A stretch of DNA of 64,000 nucleotides from contig NIVC01001304.1 in assembly GCA_002269645.1 (NCBI GenBank), positions 248,001 to 312,000 on the forward strand, in the 5' to 3' direction. The stretch comes from Macrostomum lignano (lineage: Eukaryota). Positions 25,962 through 64,000 of the stretch are shown here, piece after piece. Under the pieces are notes generated by a model. That model saw only the letters and a program-made list of their open reading frames with translations, ran no database searches and was not told where the DNA came from. The translations under genes and the position numbers were made by a program. Numbering within the stretch: the first letter of the stretch is position 1; the number at the start of each line of letters is the position of its first letter.

Positions 25962-26941
25962 AATCAGTTTGGGTCAGCGTACACCCATGATGCATTTGCT
26001 GCACGCTCGAAACATCTATGGCCTAAACTTGGTGTTGAGCAGCCTTAAGTGAAATGATTATCATTCTATTCAACATTCGTATCTCAATTTTAACGACCGT
26101 GTATACCAAAGCTCTTGACTTACTTGACTTAGCTGCAGGGGGCTCATAGTCATGATCTACGACGCGGCATCTGGAGAACGAATTGGTGTGGTCTACTATA
26201 CATTCACAAGGAGACGTGATCGGTGCCTCCTCTGCTGAGAATGGCGAGCGTATTCAGCATGTTGGACGATCTGGCTCAATTAGACGTAAAAGAACTCGAG
26301 GAGCTTTTACACAGTCAGGATCAGGATTGAGATCTGCTCAATGAGATGGATCTTATGCAATATTGGACAATACGCCGAAGTCTGTTTGTTCTAGTGCAAG
26401 AAAATCGGGCGCTTCGTAAGTTTTGCGAGTTTCTGTCAAGCAAGAGCCACTCCTGCAGTCTGGCGACAGCCGACATTCAAAATATCACATCTCATCTTCT
26501 AAGCTTTTGTTTGTAAGATTGATGGCGCATTTTATGCGCCTGCTTTATTGATTACCGCTCTAGCTGGTCAGTCCGCTGCCTACTTCGTGTCCGTGGAATT
26601 AATATATCATCGAGGATCAACGTTTCGAATTCCAATCTTCAATTGAAAGCCACTGCCTATTGAATAGTTTGATATTTTGGCTCGCTTAAATTTTTATTGA
26701 AGTTTCCTTGTTTTTTTCCTGTTAACTCATACCTTGCTGCATACTGTTTAATGTTTAATGTAATATTAAATAAAGTTTTTTGTTCAGCTTGGTTTGGCCA
26801 TAGACATTTGAAGCGTGCAGCAATTTGGCTTCATTGGTAGACCCCTAAAAACCCCTCCAAAATGATACAATTAAAGTTATCGCAGCAGACTGGGGAACGC
26901 GGCAAGTTAAACGCTACGTAAGTCGGTCAGCCAATCAGCTC

Positions 26942-64000
<37,059 letters not shown>

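Overview
Eukaryotic (animal) genomic DNA with GC-rich exons and AT-rich, repeat-filled introns. The style suggests a ciliated invertebrate such as the flatworm Macrostomum, but that is inference only. Three protein-coding loci are supportable, all on the minus strand. (1) A complete 5-exon multiple inositol polyphosphate phosphatase (MINPP1-like) gene, 13337->2300, about 467 aa, with signal peptide, RHGSRGP, GHAET and C-terminal RDEL. (2) A FkbM-type methyltransferase locus at 23287-23897 that lacks its N-terminal SAM-binding half and is out of frame with its own signal anchor. (3) The 3' part (38 exons, >64000->26942) of a divergent DNAH5/8-like axonemal dynein heavy chain, with three 1-bp frameshifts, two clearly in homopolymers. 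Most long ORFs in the supplied track are artefacts of minisatellites: most introns carry their own tandem array (units of 4-78 bp). Mobile elements include a Harbinger/PIF element with CAG TSD and a transposase remnant, several MITEs, a decayed RT-RNase H LINE and tRNA-derived SINE-like sequences. I found no convincing wholly new biological system. The most unusual items are the divergent dynein, the one-satellite-per-intron architecture and the broken FkbM locus.
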